From Yuukianura sp. NJ FZ-2021 (taxonomy: Eukaryota), in NCBI GenBank assembly GCA_046563655.1, contig CM102289.1:6138001-6202000 (forward strand): a stretch of DNA of 64,000 nt, read 5' to 3'. Below the pieces are notes generated by a model. That model had not been told where the DNA came from. It saw only the letters and a program-made list of their open reading frames with translations, and made no database searches. Below, in pieces: positions 13,261 through 26,955 of the stretch. Position 1 is the stretch's first letter. Every line of letters begins with the position of its first letter. The position numbers and the translations under genes were made by a program.

Positions 13261-15031
13261 TTAATTTCTCCGCTCTCTCTCCACTATGTCCAAATAGACC
13301 GGTTCAAATTGAAGTATGAAGTTCAAACCTTTCTTGAAAGTCAAGGTCGTGTCTTGCCGGACTTCAAACCGGTATTGCAGAAGAAGTCGTGCCATGGCGA
13401 CCTTAAGAGCGTCATAAGCGAACCGCATGCCAATACAGTTTCGATGTCCGAAACCAAATGTTGTAAAGGCGTAAGGATTTAAAGCAGATCTGTTTTCGGG
13501 TAAGAATCGTTCAGGAACAAAGTCATTTGGATTTTCGTAATTTTGAGGATCACGATTCACAGCCCATGAAGCGATCATGACCAATACGCCTTTTGGAATT
13601 CGAATTCCACGAACCGGATCTTCCCAATCCTTGTTGCAAACTCGTTCGGGACGGATCAGTACTGAATAGAGTCTGGCAATTTCCAAAACGCATGCGTTGA
13701 GGTACTCCATTTTCAGTATAGTCTCATAGTTAAAAGATTGTAGGTCCTCGGCGTCTGCGTCAGGCCCAATAGCAGATCGGATGTCTGCCACGACTCGGTC
13801 TTGAATAGTTGGTTCCAGTGCTAAATGGTAAGCTAGAAACGTCATATGAGAACTGATGCGATCAAAACCGGCTAGAAACAAATTCACAGCTTGCCCCAGC
13901 AGCGTCGTCTGAGTGATCCCGAGTTTTCGGTAAACCGGACTTTTCAATAATTTGAAACTCTCCACTAGAACGTCCCCGTAGTCTCCATATGTCGCCCCAG
14001 ATCTGGTTCTAGCTAAGACGAGGTCAAGAAATGTATCTGTCATAGCATGGTCCAGCACTAGTGTCGGGGCAAACCTTGCTAGCCAAGGAAACACCACTGC
14101 ACGAAAAAAACGCCGTAGTTTTAGTGCAGAATACAATATAAAAATATCATAAGAAATAGAATATTAGCAATAAGAACTGTGTTAAAACTTATGTACATGT
14201 CCAAACATAGAACTGGGTAATTTGTTGTCCTTCTCCAATTAGCTTTTTACAAGCTTCGTAGAAACGGGCATCTCTGTCAGGTTCAACTTTTGTCGAAAAC
14301 ATTGAGCGTGCAATAGCATCAACAGCGTACTCACAAAATCGACTGCAAAAACGCATTATATAAAAGTTATTTGTTTTAGAAAACAGTCGAAATTAAAAAG
14401 CAAAATTTGTTAGTGAATATCATTTACCTTCGGGCGTCAATGCAGAGTCGGCTTCTTCCAGAAGTTTTGAAATCGACGTTTAGTTTATGTATAAAAGCGT
14501 CAATGGCTTCATTGAAAACCTGACGATTGTACAGTTTTAGTTTGGTAACTGAAAATAACTTCGTTTGTGTAATTCTCATTGTTTTCCATTTTTCGTTTGG
14601 AAGAAAATCCAAAATTTCGTTCAAAATTGGATCGCCGAGCTCCATTGGAGCACGATTGTAGAAGTGTCCATTGTCTTTTACAAAAATGGTTTTAATCAAG
14701 TCTGGATCGGCAACGTAAACAATTGGAGTCCTCCCTTGGTAGTACTGCAAAATCAAAAGAGAAAAAGTAGAAAAACTACAAAGTTAACTTACATAAATGT
14801 AATTGCAAGAAATTGTGGTTTCTATAAACATACTCCCCAAATTGGACCAAATTTTTTGTGTCGTTTGATATCTTCAAAGTGTTGAACTTTTCGGTAAAGT
14901 TGGGGATCACTTCCAAGAAATAGCGACGGCTTCATCACCGGAAATCCAAGATTATCCAGGATACCGTAGTTCCATCTGGCGTAAATTAGTGCAGCGAATA
15001 TAATTAAAATTAAAATTAAAATCAACAACAT
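13261..15031 (-). CDS. Cytochrome P450, CYP3 clan-like, paralog 1
   Basis: Four exons. N-terminal anchor MLLILILILIIFAALIY, WxxxR (WKTMR), ExxR (EIAR), PERF, heme motif FGFGHRNCIG; I-helix reads AGFDRI. Confidence 0.92.
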
Positions 15032-15457
15032 TTGCACGAAAAACTTTAAACTAACAAAGAAAAGCTAACTATAAGCACTGTTTGGTACACAATTTGAAAC
15101 GAAGCTAAGCTGCAACTGAAGTCGCAGTTTTCTGATTTAGTAGAACTTGTTAGGTTTTTACACCCTGAGATAAGCAAAATCAAAAGACTGCAAACGTAAA
15201 TAACACGCGTCTGCATCCAAAAAATCATACTCTAATTGACGAGCGTTGCTCCGTCCCAATGTTAATAGCATGACCATGCAAACTAATATGTGCAAAGAAC
15301 TCTCTGTGTGGAAGAGTGGAAAGATTCAGGGGTGTCCCTTTTCCATTACTCCTCCAAGCACAGACTTCCAAAAATTCCATCTCAAGCAACTCAGAAGCAG
15401 GGGGGGGGGGTCTGGGGGGGCTTGCCCCCCCAGCCTCGACAATGCATTTTCTATTCA

Positions 15458-15598
15458 ACTAGCCAGAAACCCGTGATGCTTAAAAGCACTAGGTCATCGT
15501 TGGGTCAAACGAAAGAGCTAGGGGATTTTTGACAAAATGTTAAAAATCCTCTTGCTCCATGTCATCGTGATGTGTAAACATCACGGGTTCCGTCTAGT
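15458..15598. mobile_element. Short non-autonomous Helitron/HINE-like element
   Basis: Starts ACTAGCCAGAAACCCGTGATG and ends CATCACGGGTTCCGTCTAGT (subterminal inverted repeat AACCCGTGATG/CATCACGGGTT). Has a 3' hairpin CGTGATGT-GTAA-ACATCACG, a CTAG terminus and a following T-run. A GC hairpin at 15412-15433 lies just upstream. Confidence 0.5.
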
Positions 15599-15722
15599 TT
15601 TTTTCAATCCACCTTGCGTCAAATTGTTTTTAAAATGTTATCTTGTGTTTGCCTTTTACTAAAAACAAAGATATTTACAGTCCAAAAGGCTTGTTTTCTA
15701 AAACACGAATTTTAATACTATT

Positions 15723-17448
15723 CTACTTTCCACTATTGCCTCTCTCAACAACGTTCAAAAACAGAGGTTCAAATTGTAGCACAAAGTTTAAACCTGTTTT
15801 ATACTTTAACACAGTGTCGTCCCGGGTTTCCAATCGGTATTTCAGAAGTAGTCGAGCCATACCTACTTTCATAGCTTCAAGAGCGAAACGCATGCCAATA
15901 CATGCCCGATGACCAAAGCCAAATGTTACACTAGAATAAGGGTGGTATTTCGACTTGTTTTCACCTAAAAAGCGGTCCGGAATAAATTCTTCTGGATTTT
16001 CAAAATTTTGAGGATCACGATTTACTGCCCAACCAGCCATCATGACCACAACGCCTTTTGGAATTTTAATTCCCCGCACTGGATCTTCCCAGTCCTTGGT
16101 ACAAATTCGTTCAGGCCGAATTAATACTGGATAGAGTCTGACAATTTCCATCATGCATGCGTTGAGATACTCCATCTTCTGGATAGTTTCGTATTCAAAT
16201 GGCGGCAAATCTTCTAAGTCAGCGTTGTACCCAATAGCAGCTCGAATGTCTGAGACGACGCGATCTTGAATGGTTGGTTCCAGTGCTAGGTGATAAGCAA
16301 GGAAAGTGATGAGTGCACTGGGTCCGTCGAAGCCCGCCAAAAATAGGTTTGTCGCTTGGCCTAGTAAGGTTGTCCGGGTAATTTTGAGTTTCTGGTATTC
16401 TGGAGTTTTTAGAAGTTTAAAACCGCTGACTAGGACGTCGCCGTAGTCGCCATAAGTCATCTCAGATTGGCTTCTGGTCTTGACGAAGTTGACAAGCGTG
16501 TCTGTTACTATAGGGTCGAGGACTAGTGTTGGAGCAAATTTTGACAGCCAAGGAAATACCACTACAAAACATACTCAAATTAAAAACAAAACTTCTGTTA
16601 AAAATTTAATTTCGGAACGCACTGGTCCAGACGTAAAACCGTGTAATTTCTTGTCCAACTCCGATCACTCTTTTACATGCATTCAAAAGACGGGCATCTC
16701 TGTCAGCGTCAATTGTCGTGGAGAACAGTGACCTTCCCATCACATCCAGGATGTACGCACACAAACGGCTAAAATTAGTTTCAAAAGAACCAATTTTAGA
16801 AAATTTTGAACATTAATTTATATAAAATTCTTAGAAGTTGACTTACTCTCGAGCGTCGATTTTGATTCGGTCTTTTCCGGAAGCTTTGATATCAGCATCG
16901 ATTTTACTTTTGAAACTGTCCATTGCTTGATTGAAAACTAGCGTATTTTGTTGTTTTAGTTTTGTTATGGACAGGAACTTTGTTTGCGTTGCTCTCATAG
17001 CTTTCCATTTTGCACCAGGAAGAAAATCCAAAATTTCATTCAAAATTGGATCCCCAAGTTCCTTATGAGCACGATCGTAGAAGTGGTCAATGTCTTTAAC
17101 AAAAATGGATTTGATCAGTTCTGGATCTGCAATGAATACAATCGGCGTTCTTCCTTCGTAGTACTGCAATGTAAAAGGGGAATACTTATTACAACTACTG
17201 ATTGTATTTTCATAAGTAATTAAAATTTTTAAGCTATTACTTACTCCCCAAACTGGACCAAACTTTCTGTATCTTTTGGCATCTTCGAAGTGCTGAACTT
17301 TATTGAACAGTTCTGGATCGCTTCCAAGGAAAAGTGAAGGTTTCATTACAGGGAATCCAAGCCCATCGAGTATGCCGTAGTGCCATCTAGCGTATATTAT
17401 TGATCCAGCAATAATTAAGAGTAGAATTAAGAATAACTCGAAAAACAT
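15723..17448 (-). CDS. Cytochrome P450, CYP3 clan-like, paralog 2 (tandem duplicate)
   Basis: Same four-exon layout as paralog 1. MFFELFLILLLIIAGSIIY anchor, WKAMR, EIVR, PDRF, FGFGHRACIG; I-helix reads AGFDGP. Confidence 0.92.
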
Positions 17449-18511
17449 TTTAATTTTAGAATTGAGTCCTGCTTAACTTCAAAAATTGAAAGAATTGTTT
17501 CACTGAGAAGCTGAAACAATTCTAGAACGCCCGACTTTTTTATGATTTGTTCAATCTAATCAAAAGATAATTTTCAACACATTTTTGATCAGAAAAATAA
17601 AACTAAACAAATTGAAAGATTAACAAAGTCCTTCTAAAACACTTTGATAAACTTTATTATTTGATAAGTCAACCGAGTTCATACAGTTTAATATAACAAG
17701 GATTCAATATTATAACACTATCAAGAAACTTCCTTACAAAAAATCGGAGTGCTTTCTTCTGGTTTTGAAGATATCACCAAAACTACTGAAAAAATTGTGT
17801 CGCTTCCTTTGATTGCTCAAAATCGATGAACTAATTTAGTTGCTTTGTGAGCTTTTCTGAATTCAGTTTTGAATTTAAAAAAAATGCGTTGTTTGAAAAA
17901 TATATCGAAAGTGCTTTCCAATTTCTAAATTGAAACCTCATTTTCTCTATATCGGAAAGAAAAATAATTATGTAAGTCAAAATATCACATAACGTTACAA
18001 CATAAATCTTCCAATCTGCACAAGTCCTTCGGTGACAGCACATATGCTTTAAAAACAAAAGCGCCGTACATTACAAAGTGAAATTTTAGGTCATTTTTTG
18101 GTAAATCGTCTTTAAAGAGCTTTGCGTTTGATAAAAGCCTGCATACGTTAGTCCAATGAGTAAAAGTTGTAATAAAAAAAAGTGTTTAATAGGCTATGGT
18201 TGCTTACCACCTCCTCGTCTCGGCGAAAAAAAAATATCCGCAACGATTATGTAACTTTTTTTTGGTTTCCTCAAAAGTGGTCAGCCCAGTCCGTGGACTC
18301 GTGAGGTTGATCAGTGGAGTTCAACTTCTGTAATCTGCAACTTTAAAAGTCACAGAGATACAGAGTTTGAAAATTACAAAAGTTCAAGTGTGGTCATTAA
18401 GTCCAGTTAGTGTCACTCCTAAGAGTTTCACAATTCACTTTTCAAACTCTATTTTATAAAAGAAAAGTACTGAACATTGCTAACCAAAATTAGGTTACTC
18501 CAACACCAACC

Positions 18512-19753
18512 ATGGATACAGAAGTAGTGTGGAACAAAGTCAAAGTCACACTTGAATTTCTGTGGGAATTTGTTCTTCTGTTCGGAACTTTGGTTTACTT
18601 TTACACTGAAAGGTTTTGGCGACTTTTTGTGCCTCGGCCACTGAAATCTTTGGATGGCGAAATAATTTTGGTAATTCGTATAAAAATAAGTATTATAAAC
18701 TATTTTTTGCAATATTTTCATCTTTTTTTGTTCCCTTAGCTCACAGGCAGTGGAAATGGAATTGGCAAACAAATTGCACGAGAATTGGCCAACAAAGGCG
18801 CAACTCTTGTGTGTTGGGACAACGAAGGTGAAGCGAACAATCGAACTGTGGAAGAGCTCAAACGTAGTGGAACAAAAGCATATGCCTATACTGTTGACAT
18901 TTCCGAAAAGCAAAACATAGTTAAAGCAGCAGAAATGGTAAAAAATCTCAAGAAATGCAATGTTTGCACTTAATTTTGAAATATTTTAATACTTTAAGGT
19001 TAGGGCGGACGTTGGAGATGTTACAATTGTCATCAACAATGCAGGGATTGCTCCGAATGGGCCATTTTTGGAAGAACGAGAAGATTTACTTGAAAAAATG
19101 TTTCATGTCAACATACTTTCGCACATGTGGATTCTGCGTCAATTTTTGCCAAAGATGATTGAGCGCGGTCAAGGTCACGTAGTCACCACTGCGTCGCTGT
19201 CTGCGTTTATTCCATGCAGAGACATTGCTGCGTATGCCGCGACTAAACACGCTGTACATGGATTCATTGACTCCTTGCGACAAGAAATTCAAATTCACCC
19301 CAAAAAACCAAACATCCAGTTTACTACAATTTATCCCAGTTTTGTAAATACGCGCCTCATGGACGGAATTACTCTTCAACCAAAGTAAAGCCTCCTAAAA
19401 AATTTTTAAGTTAAAAAATTAATTGTTTTTTGAATTTTTTTCAGGTACAAGCGTCCTGATACTCTCAGCGTTGAATACGTCGGACAAAAAATAGTCGAAG
19501 GATTTCGGCAAAACTATGAGCACATTTACCTTCCGCCGTATCTGTCAATCCTTGCTTTTCTTTCGTAAGTAATCAGTTAACCTTTGACCTTGCATGACCT
19601 TGAATGTCATCATTGTAATTAATATTTATAATAAATAATTCTAGGCTGTGTCTTCCACAAAGAGTCTTGCGACAAATTCAAAACGGGCTAATGAAGATTG
19701 ACGTTCAGCGGGAAATTCCAAATGGAAACACCGGAAGTAAAAAACATAACTAA
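18512..19753 (+). CDS. SDR16C-type short-chain dehydrogenase (retinol dehydrogenase / 17-beta-HSD11-like)
   Basis: Exons ~18512-18670, 18741-18937, 18999-19384, 19445-19564, 19645-19753. N-terminal hydrophobic anchor, LTGSGNGIG, NNAGI, VNILSHMW, YAATK. Confidence 0.88.
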
Positions 19754-20911
19754 TCTGATGGTGATTTTTTCTTGATAACTTGTTTCAACTTCTGAATTCA
19801 AGTGTAATTGCATACTAAGGTTTTCAATACCGAAAGTAAAACAAAGCTATTCACTAAAGTCTTTGCAATTTATTTTCAAAAAGTATATTTTTCTACAGTT
19901 GCATCATAAGTTCCCACACTTGAACAGAAACATATTTTTTGCCTTATTAGTTTGCTAATTGTTTAAGTACAACTGACATAAAGAAGTTTACAAGAAAGTT
20001 TCCTGTGAAAATACAGCTTCCTATTCTACTAATTAGGAGCACGTTTAACTTCACAATTACAATCAGGACGTAAGTTCTAATTTACAAATTTTCAATCCAC
20101 GAAAAAGCAGGTACACCAACGTTCAACCAACTTCAAAAATCTTTCATTGTGTGTGCAGGTACAAGTCAAATTTAAGTTTTTGGCAACTGTTTTTGTTTTA
20201 AACAAGGAACGTTAAAAAACATAGTTTGAGTAAGAATCAAGGGTAAAAAATTACTTCAATTTCAAATATTTACATTTTGTTCGAACTTTTTCTTTAAAAT
20301 TCACATTACTGCTCCTAAGGTAGTTCAAGTTAAGATGACAATCTCTAACTTTATGGTAAATTTTAGAAGGTCACTCCCCAGGGAATTTTGGATTTAATAT
20401 ATTTAGCTATACAACTGTAAAAAGTTGTTGTTTAGCCTCAACTACCTAACTATTTACCACTAATTTTAATTAGTTTTAATTAATACAAAATTGACTCCAT
20501 GTGGAAATACATTGTTTAAACGGATTTTGAGAATTTACAGCTTCTTAAATTTTTTGGTAAGTATTAATTTACATTAATACACACAATACCCAGGTTTAAA
20601 GTTTCGACCCGCGTCGTGCAAGAGGCAGATACAATGCACTAGTAAATTTGTTACAGTAGTACAACGAAGTGCTCGTACTAAAAAGTAGCATTTGAATTTT
20701 GTAAGAGAGGTCGCTGATTGCTGATTCCACACATTGAGAATCAAGGACTTGAGACAATTCTAATTTCCTTTGAGATAATGGTTTGTATTTCCAAACTCAA
20801 AAAAATTTGGTTAAGCTTATCCAGTGTGGACTACAAAATTTACCTAAAACAAAAGAAAACAGTCTTTTTTTAAAATAGTTTTCTTAAGGTTTTTATGATA
20901 TGGAAACCGAC

Positions 20912-23900
20912 TTACTTGTGACCATGAAGACATCCGAAGCTGAGGTGTCGTGTTCGACTTGGTTTTTTGACAAATGGAGAATCAGGAGGAGACTGCGCTT
21001 CGACACCAGCCAAATTCTGTGTATTTGGGTTCACCGTTTCTTGAAGTGGATACCACTGGGCAACTACAAATGCACAAATTATTTAATTACAACATAAATT
21101 TTTCATCAACTGGAATAATTTATTATACTTAATTGAAGTGTAAAGTTACCGGTTGTTCTTGGATTGTCAAGCATCTCCAGCCAATGATCTCTTCCAGCTC
21201 CTATGCAACCGGCTCCAGCCAGAACAGCGCCAAGTTCCTCATTGGGCCCCACCCTGCAACATTTACATAAAAAAATGAAGCAAATAAAAACTTTTTAAAA
21301 ATAAAAAAAATAATAAATGAACTTCCAAAAAAGATTTGGGTTAAAACTTTTTTTTGAAAGTCCATTTCGAAGACGTTCTGTTTGTTTTGAATTGAAATTT
21401 CACACTTTTCCGGAACTTTGGACCCAGATGGGGCAGAGTACGAGAGCATCATCAAATGTTTTCATTTTCCTCTGCTGACGTCAATGGGCGAAAACCTGTC
21501 TACCAAGCAGGGAAAAGCAAACCACGAATACAAGGGTTTGCTTTTCTACTTGAAACAAAACTGCACTAAAATAATTTTCTAACATGTAAAAAGAATCACA
21601 AATGCCCAAGGCTTTCAGAAAAGTTTTTTCCAAAAAGTAAAAGTTCCTAGGTCTGTTTTCTTAATTGAATTATTTGGTTAGTGAAGCCCGCTTGAATCTT
21701 CCTCACTTTCTCAGCGCAGAGATGAAGATTTAGTATACATCAAATAAAGCATGAGTTCAAGAGAAAGTTAGACGCAAATGAATTAATTATTTTTACTTTC
21801 TCTTGAACTTTCTCCGTAAAATGCAGTGCTCAAAGAATCCAACTTTAACTTTTCGCGAGAAAGCGAGAAATAAACCTTTAACGGTTCAAACGGCTCGCAT
21901 AAATTTTTAGCAGTACTTTGATGAAAGCATGACTTGAGCAAGAGTTTTCACTAATATAAGTTCAAAATTGTTCCAATTTCGCACTTTCTTGCTTGTCGCA
22001 CTTACCTATCGTAGTCAACGACCTTGAATAGAAGTTGAACATCTGAAATGCTTTCAGACGGAACGTCAAAGACCAGAGATTCGTTCCAGACAGGAAAAAG
22101 ACAAGACTTTCGAACTGACGTTTTTCGTTTCCGTATCTTTTTCCCTTGACAGATCAAATAGACCTTGGTGTACGGATCTGAAATAAAAATCGAAAATAAA
22201 AAAATTGCCTCACTTTTTGAATTTTTGCGCTCTTGTGACATCGGACAAGCAACAACTTGAAAAGGACAGAAAACTGGGTAGTTGGAGAAAGTCTCTCAGG
22301 AGAATTGAGAATTTGGCAGGAAAAGGAGCAAAGTCGGAACTGATTTTAGGAAAATGAAGAGGATGGAACTGAAGTTTGTTTTATGAATTGAACTAGTTTT
22401 GAAAATTTTGATGTCCGTGCGTCATCAGTCCTAGGAAGAAGGTTAATGTTGTGATAGGTAAAGCCTTCCGTTTGTTTTGAAAGTATCAAAGGAAGTGGGC
22501 TAATAAACCATGGTGGAAGTGCATGGGCGGAACGACGGAAGGAAGTTTTGATGTCGTTGGAGAAACAACTCAAAGCACATATATTTCAAGTGGTTTGTCA
22601 AATATCCGTTCGTAAATGAAATTATGCCAGATGATGACGTCAGAGTGGTGAAGAACAGGCAAAATGCGTGGAGAATTTCAAATTTTGAAGAGGAAAAAAC
22701 CTACCCGAGGAACCTGTTATATCCATTGCTCTCAAATTTCTGGCTTTGATGATAGTCACAGTAAGCCGTCCAGCAGTCGGTAAGTAGCAGAGTGACACCA
22801 TCAATTCACCAAGATCCAGCTTGTCCTATGGAAAGGAAAAAATAAACGAAAAAATTAAAATTCGCAGCGTCAAAATTAAAAGTTTCACGGTACTGTTTTT
22901 GCGCGCAGAGGAAATTTTTTTAATGCACTTTTCAAACTTTTGAGGCTAAACTATTCCGAAAGCAAAAAGAGAAAGCAACTTTTGTGCAAATTTAAATAAC
23001 GTGAAAGTCATGCTCGTATGAATCCAATCTCGCTTTCTCTTTTTCACGGAACGTGTCTGTCATTTCAGCTTTTCTTCACGTACTTCTATAGGGCTTTTCT
23101 AAAGTTCAATTCCGAGTATTCCTTTTATTGAATTTAAAAAAAAATTTTTTTTTTGACCCAAAATTCCAAAAAATGTGCATTTCTAGAAAAATGGGATAAC
23201 AATCGGAGCACAAAAGTTCTTCAGAAAATTCATAAGTTCAATGGCAATCCGTAATGGAAGTTTACACAAAAAGTGAAAGTTGGCTTTCACTTTCCTTCAT
23301 TTTTCAGGCATTACCAACATAAAATGCTTTTGAAAAGGTATTGTAAAAAAAGGCATACGTTCGCTGTTCTCCTGTTTAGAAAAAGTGTACAACAAAAGAA
23401 AATAAATCTTTTTGTAGAGATTTATGACTGGGAGGCTGGCTGATGATGTGGCATGTGGCAAGGCCATAGCCAAAGGTCACCAATTTAAAAAATGGCGCCA
23501 CTTTATTACCTTTGGTGGTGCAAGTATGTCCATGTTATAACTGATTTCAGACTGGAGGTCGCTTGAGTCCAGAATCCCCTTGAGAACCACTTGTCCAATT
23601 AGATCGTGCCGAGAGAACCGATCAAAGTCAAAGACGGAGAATTGGAGGTAACGATTCCGAAGTTCTTCGTAGCCAACACTTGAGAGAGAAAAGAAAATAA
23701 AACAATGAGAAAGTACTTTTCCCACAGTAATTTGAACTCAAACTTTCAACAGTTCATCAATGACCTTCCTAAATTGAATCTGAAGTATTAGTTTTCCGGC
23801 TCCAGGGAAAAAGTAAACTTAAGAACTTAAAAAAGTAGTAAGGTAGACAAATGGAACAAACTCGAGAGGCGGCGTGTGCTAGTCACTTATTTGAACAAAA

Positions 23901-26900
23901 TAATTTCCCATGAGTGAAATAAAGTCAATCAGGTTCCAAATGTAGTTTGTGTACCACACAGATTTTTCAAAAAGCACGCGAAGCGGATTTCGTAAGTTAA
24001 ATTCATTGAAAAGTGAAAGTACGGAAGTGTGTAGGTGTTTGTGAAAGTTGTTTATTTGTATGAGATGCACCTTTAACTGGTTCAAATGCCACTTTATATG
24101 AGTCACTTTTGACCTGAGGAACATATATCTTACTTGAACAGAAACGTTTCATTGAAGGCAGGGTTGAGATTTCGACGATGAACTTTGGTTTGATACTTTT
24201 TCTTTCTGTCAGGAAGAAGGTAAACCTTGACATAAGGGTCGCTGCTACCGGAAATATTGTCTTTAGCGGGAAGATCCAGTGCCTCCAGGACCTATTTTCA
24301 AAAAATGAAATGAAAACAGACATTTTAAGTACAGCCATTATGTATTCTATACTGCAAATCTAAACATACCAAAGGACCTTGGCGCGCACAAGCGTGCAGC
24401 GCGTGGGCGACAGGAAGAGGAAGCCAAACACATTTTTTATGTCACATTCTGATGACAGGATTCAAAACTTTTTTCCCCGAAGAAGGTATTACAAAACACG
24501 CGCCAAGAAATGTAATATTTTTTCTACGAATTGTTTACCACAATTTCAAAACTTATTTCACCATAAAATTTAACTCAGAAATGGAAAGTAGTACCGTTTT
24601 TAAAACGTAGTTCAAAAGAATTCTCATTTCAATTGTTTCAAATAAATTCTTCAACTGAAGCAAACGGAGCCAATTTCAAAATCATTAAAATTTAAAATGA
24701 ACTCCTAGTATATGCTGCTTGCTTAAAGTTCCAGCAAAACGAAAATTTGGCAACGATGCGTGATAATCTGACTTCAAAGTATGAGCTCCCCGTCGCCGCA
24801 AAGCTACGCGGTTTATGATTTTAATGAGGACACTTCTCCGGTTATCGTGTATTCTTTAGAAAGAAAGTGATGCGACTAACCGCAACTAGTTTTGAATAAT
24901 AATTTCAGAGTTTTACAAAATAAACCCTTGTGAAACTAATACTTTAACACTGAACTTTTAATTCCTGCTTGCTATCTTACAGCACAGTAGACAGGAACAT
25001 TGCTGCTTGAAATGAGAAAGTAGTTTAAGCCCCTCAAGTTTATAGGATTACATTTCAAATTAATTTTTCCCACTTCGGGGAACTTTTTCAACAAAGGTGA
25101 AAGTTTAGAAGTACAATGAAGTAGAAAAAACTCCCTCTGCTTGACATCCTTTGATTTCAACTTTCACTTCTACCTTAATCAGACTTCCTTTTCAAAAATT
25201 TCGAAACTACAGAATTTGACCTTTTCTTCTCGTTTCAAAATTTAAATCAAATATTAAACCTTTAGTCATTTCAAATTTCATAACACAAATTGGATTACTA
25301 CCCACTCTTTCATCTCTCCATTTTTATAAAGTACAATATATCATACCTTAACAGTAAGCGTCTCTAGCTCGTGATCGTACTGCAGCGAGAAATTGAGCTT
25401 TCCCACTTTTTCCGCATCTGCAGATGAGCTGTCAGATGAAGACTGACGTGCCAGCTCCCTCTTATAAAGCTCCGGCTGAAACATTAGAAAAAAAGTTTGT
25501 AAAAAATTTTGAAATATTGAATTTTTCAAAATGTCTTTCAACAATCAATTGAGTCGAACTGCTCCGGATAATACTGCGCCTGCGAAAGGCTGATTTTACA
25601 TCTAATTTTAGAATTTAATTAACTTTCACCCACTGAACCAAGTGTTTTTAATACCTTCGCAATAAAAACTCCTTTCGGTTAAATAACACCTTTTCGTAAA
25701 AGCACACAAGAACACAACACATAAAAGCAATGTATGGGAAAACACACCGCCGACTAGATTTTGCCGAGACTTAACAACGTTAATAAAAACGGGTTACAAC
25801 AGAGTCGGTCTATGTATGGTTCGCAGAGAAAGTAGCAATGGACGTCATTTGAAGTGCAGAAAAGCACGTTAAAAGAGATTTTAATACCGAGTTAGATGGG
25901 AAAGTGAAGTGGAAAACTAAACTAGGTAATAGGCATTTCAAATCCAATTGATCATAAAATGCGAGCGAAAAAAAACATTTTGAGGTCTTTTTAAAAATCC
26001 AATTTCAATTTTATAACGGTGTTATTTTGGCACTTTTAGCGAAAATAAACCGAAAACACAACTTTTTTTTTCCAAAAAACACCCTCCTCAACAGTAAGTT
26101 TAATAATTTTCATAGTTTCTTGGTGTACCGCTCTGTATATGTTGAAAGAATATCAGATTTCCCATATCAAAGTCAAAATTACATTTCATCACACAATGGG
26201 AATTAATTACGTTTGAGTGAGCTTTTGCTAGGGTGTTTGCGGTGTGGTGAGGGCGGGAAAATTTGAAAATGTAATTAGCCCAAATTTGTTGAATACCTGA
26301 ATTAGTCCAATAGAATCCTCGGTTCCTTTGCGGCGTCCACGCTCCAATGCTTCAACGACAATGTCTTTTGTCGTAGCCGTTTCTAAGCGGTGTGAAAGTT
26401 GGCGCTGAAAACTTTGAAGTCGAGTAGGAACTGTTGGAAGCGTTGTTTGTCTCAGTACCTTCAAAAATTTCATCAATTTGAAACAACTTTGAAAATAATA
26501 TAGGAAAAAAAATTTTTTTAAAACTTTTTCTACTCTGTCCAACCTTCATAATTAATTCCAGTAAAACAGTGTAGGAGGTACAGTAAAACTCAAAATTTTG
26601 TTTCATTAAAACTGTAGAATTTTCTCTAGATTTTGAGGACATTTCTTTTGCACGTGAATTTTACCCGAGTACTTTCCCCCACCCACTCCCGGATTTGCCC
26701 ATCTCGATTTCGTCTCCTGCGGTGAGATTCTCGAATTCAAAAACTCTATTACAATTTACAACTTTTCTCATTTGCTTCGTTCTAATAAGCAAAATCATTC
26801 ATACGTCTATCCGCCACTTCTTCCGCCTTCCACAACATCTTTCATCTCCAAAGATACGAAAAACGCACTAAACTGTAGAATTTGTATTTATTATAATAGC

Positions 26901-26924
26901 GAAGCTATTATGATAAAAGTGGTT

Positions 26925-26955
<31 letters not shown>

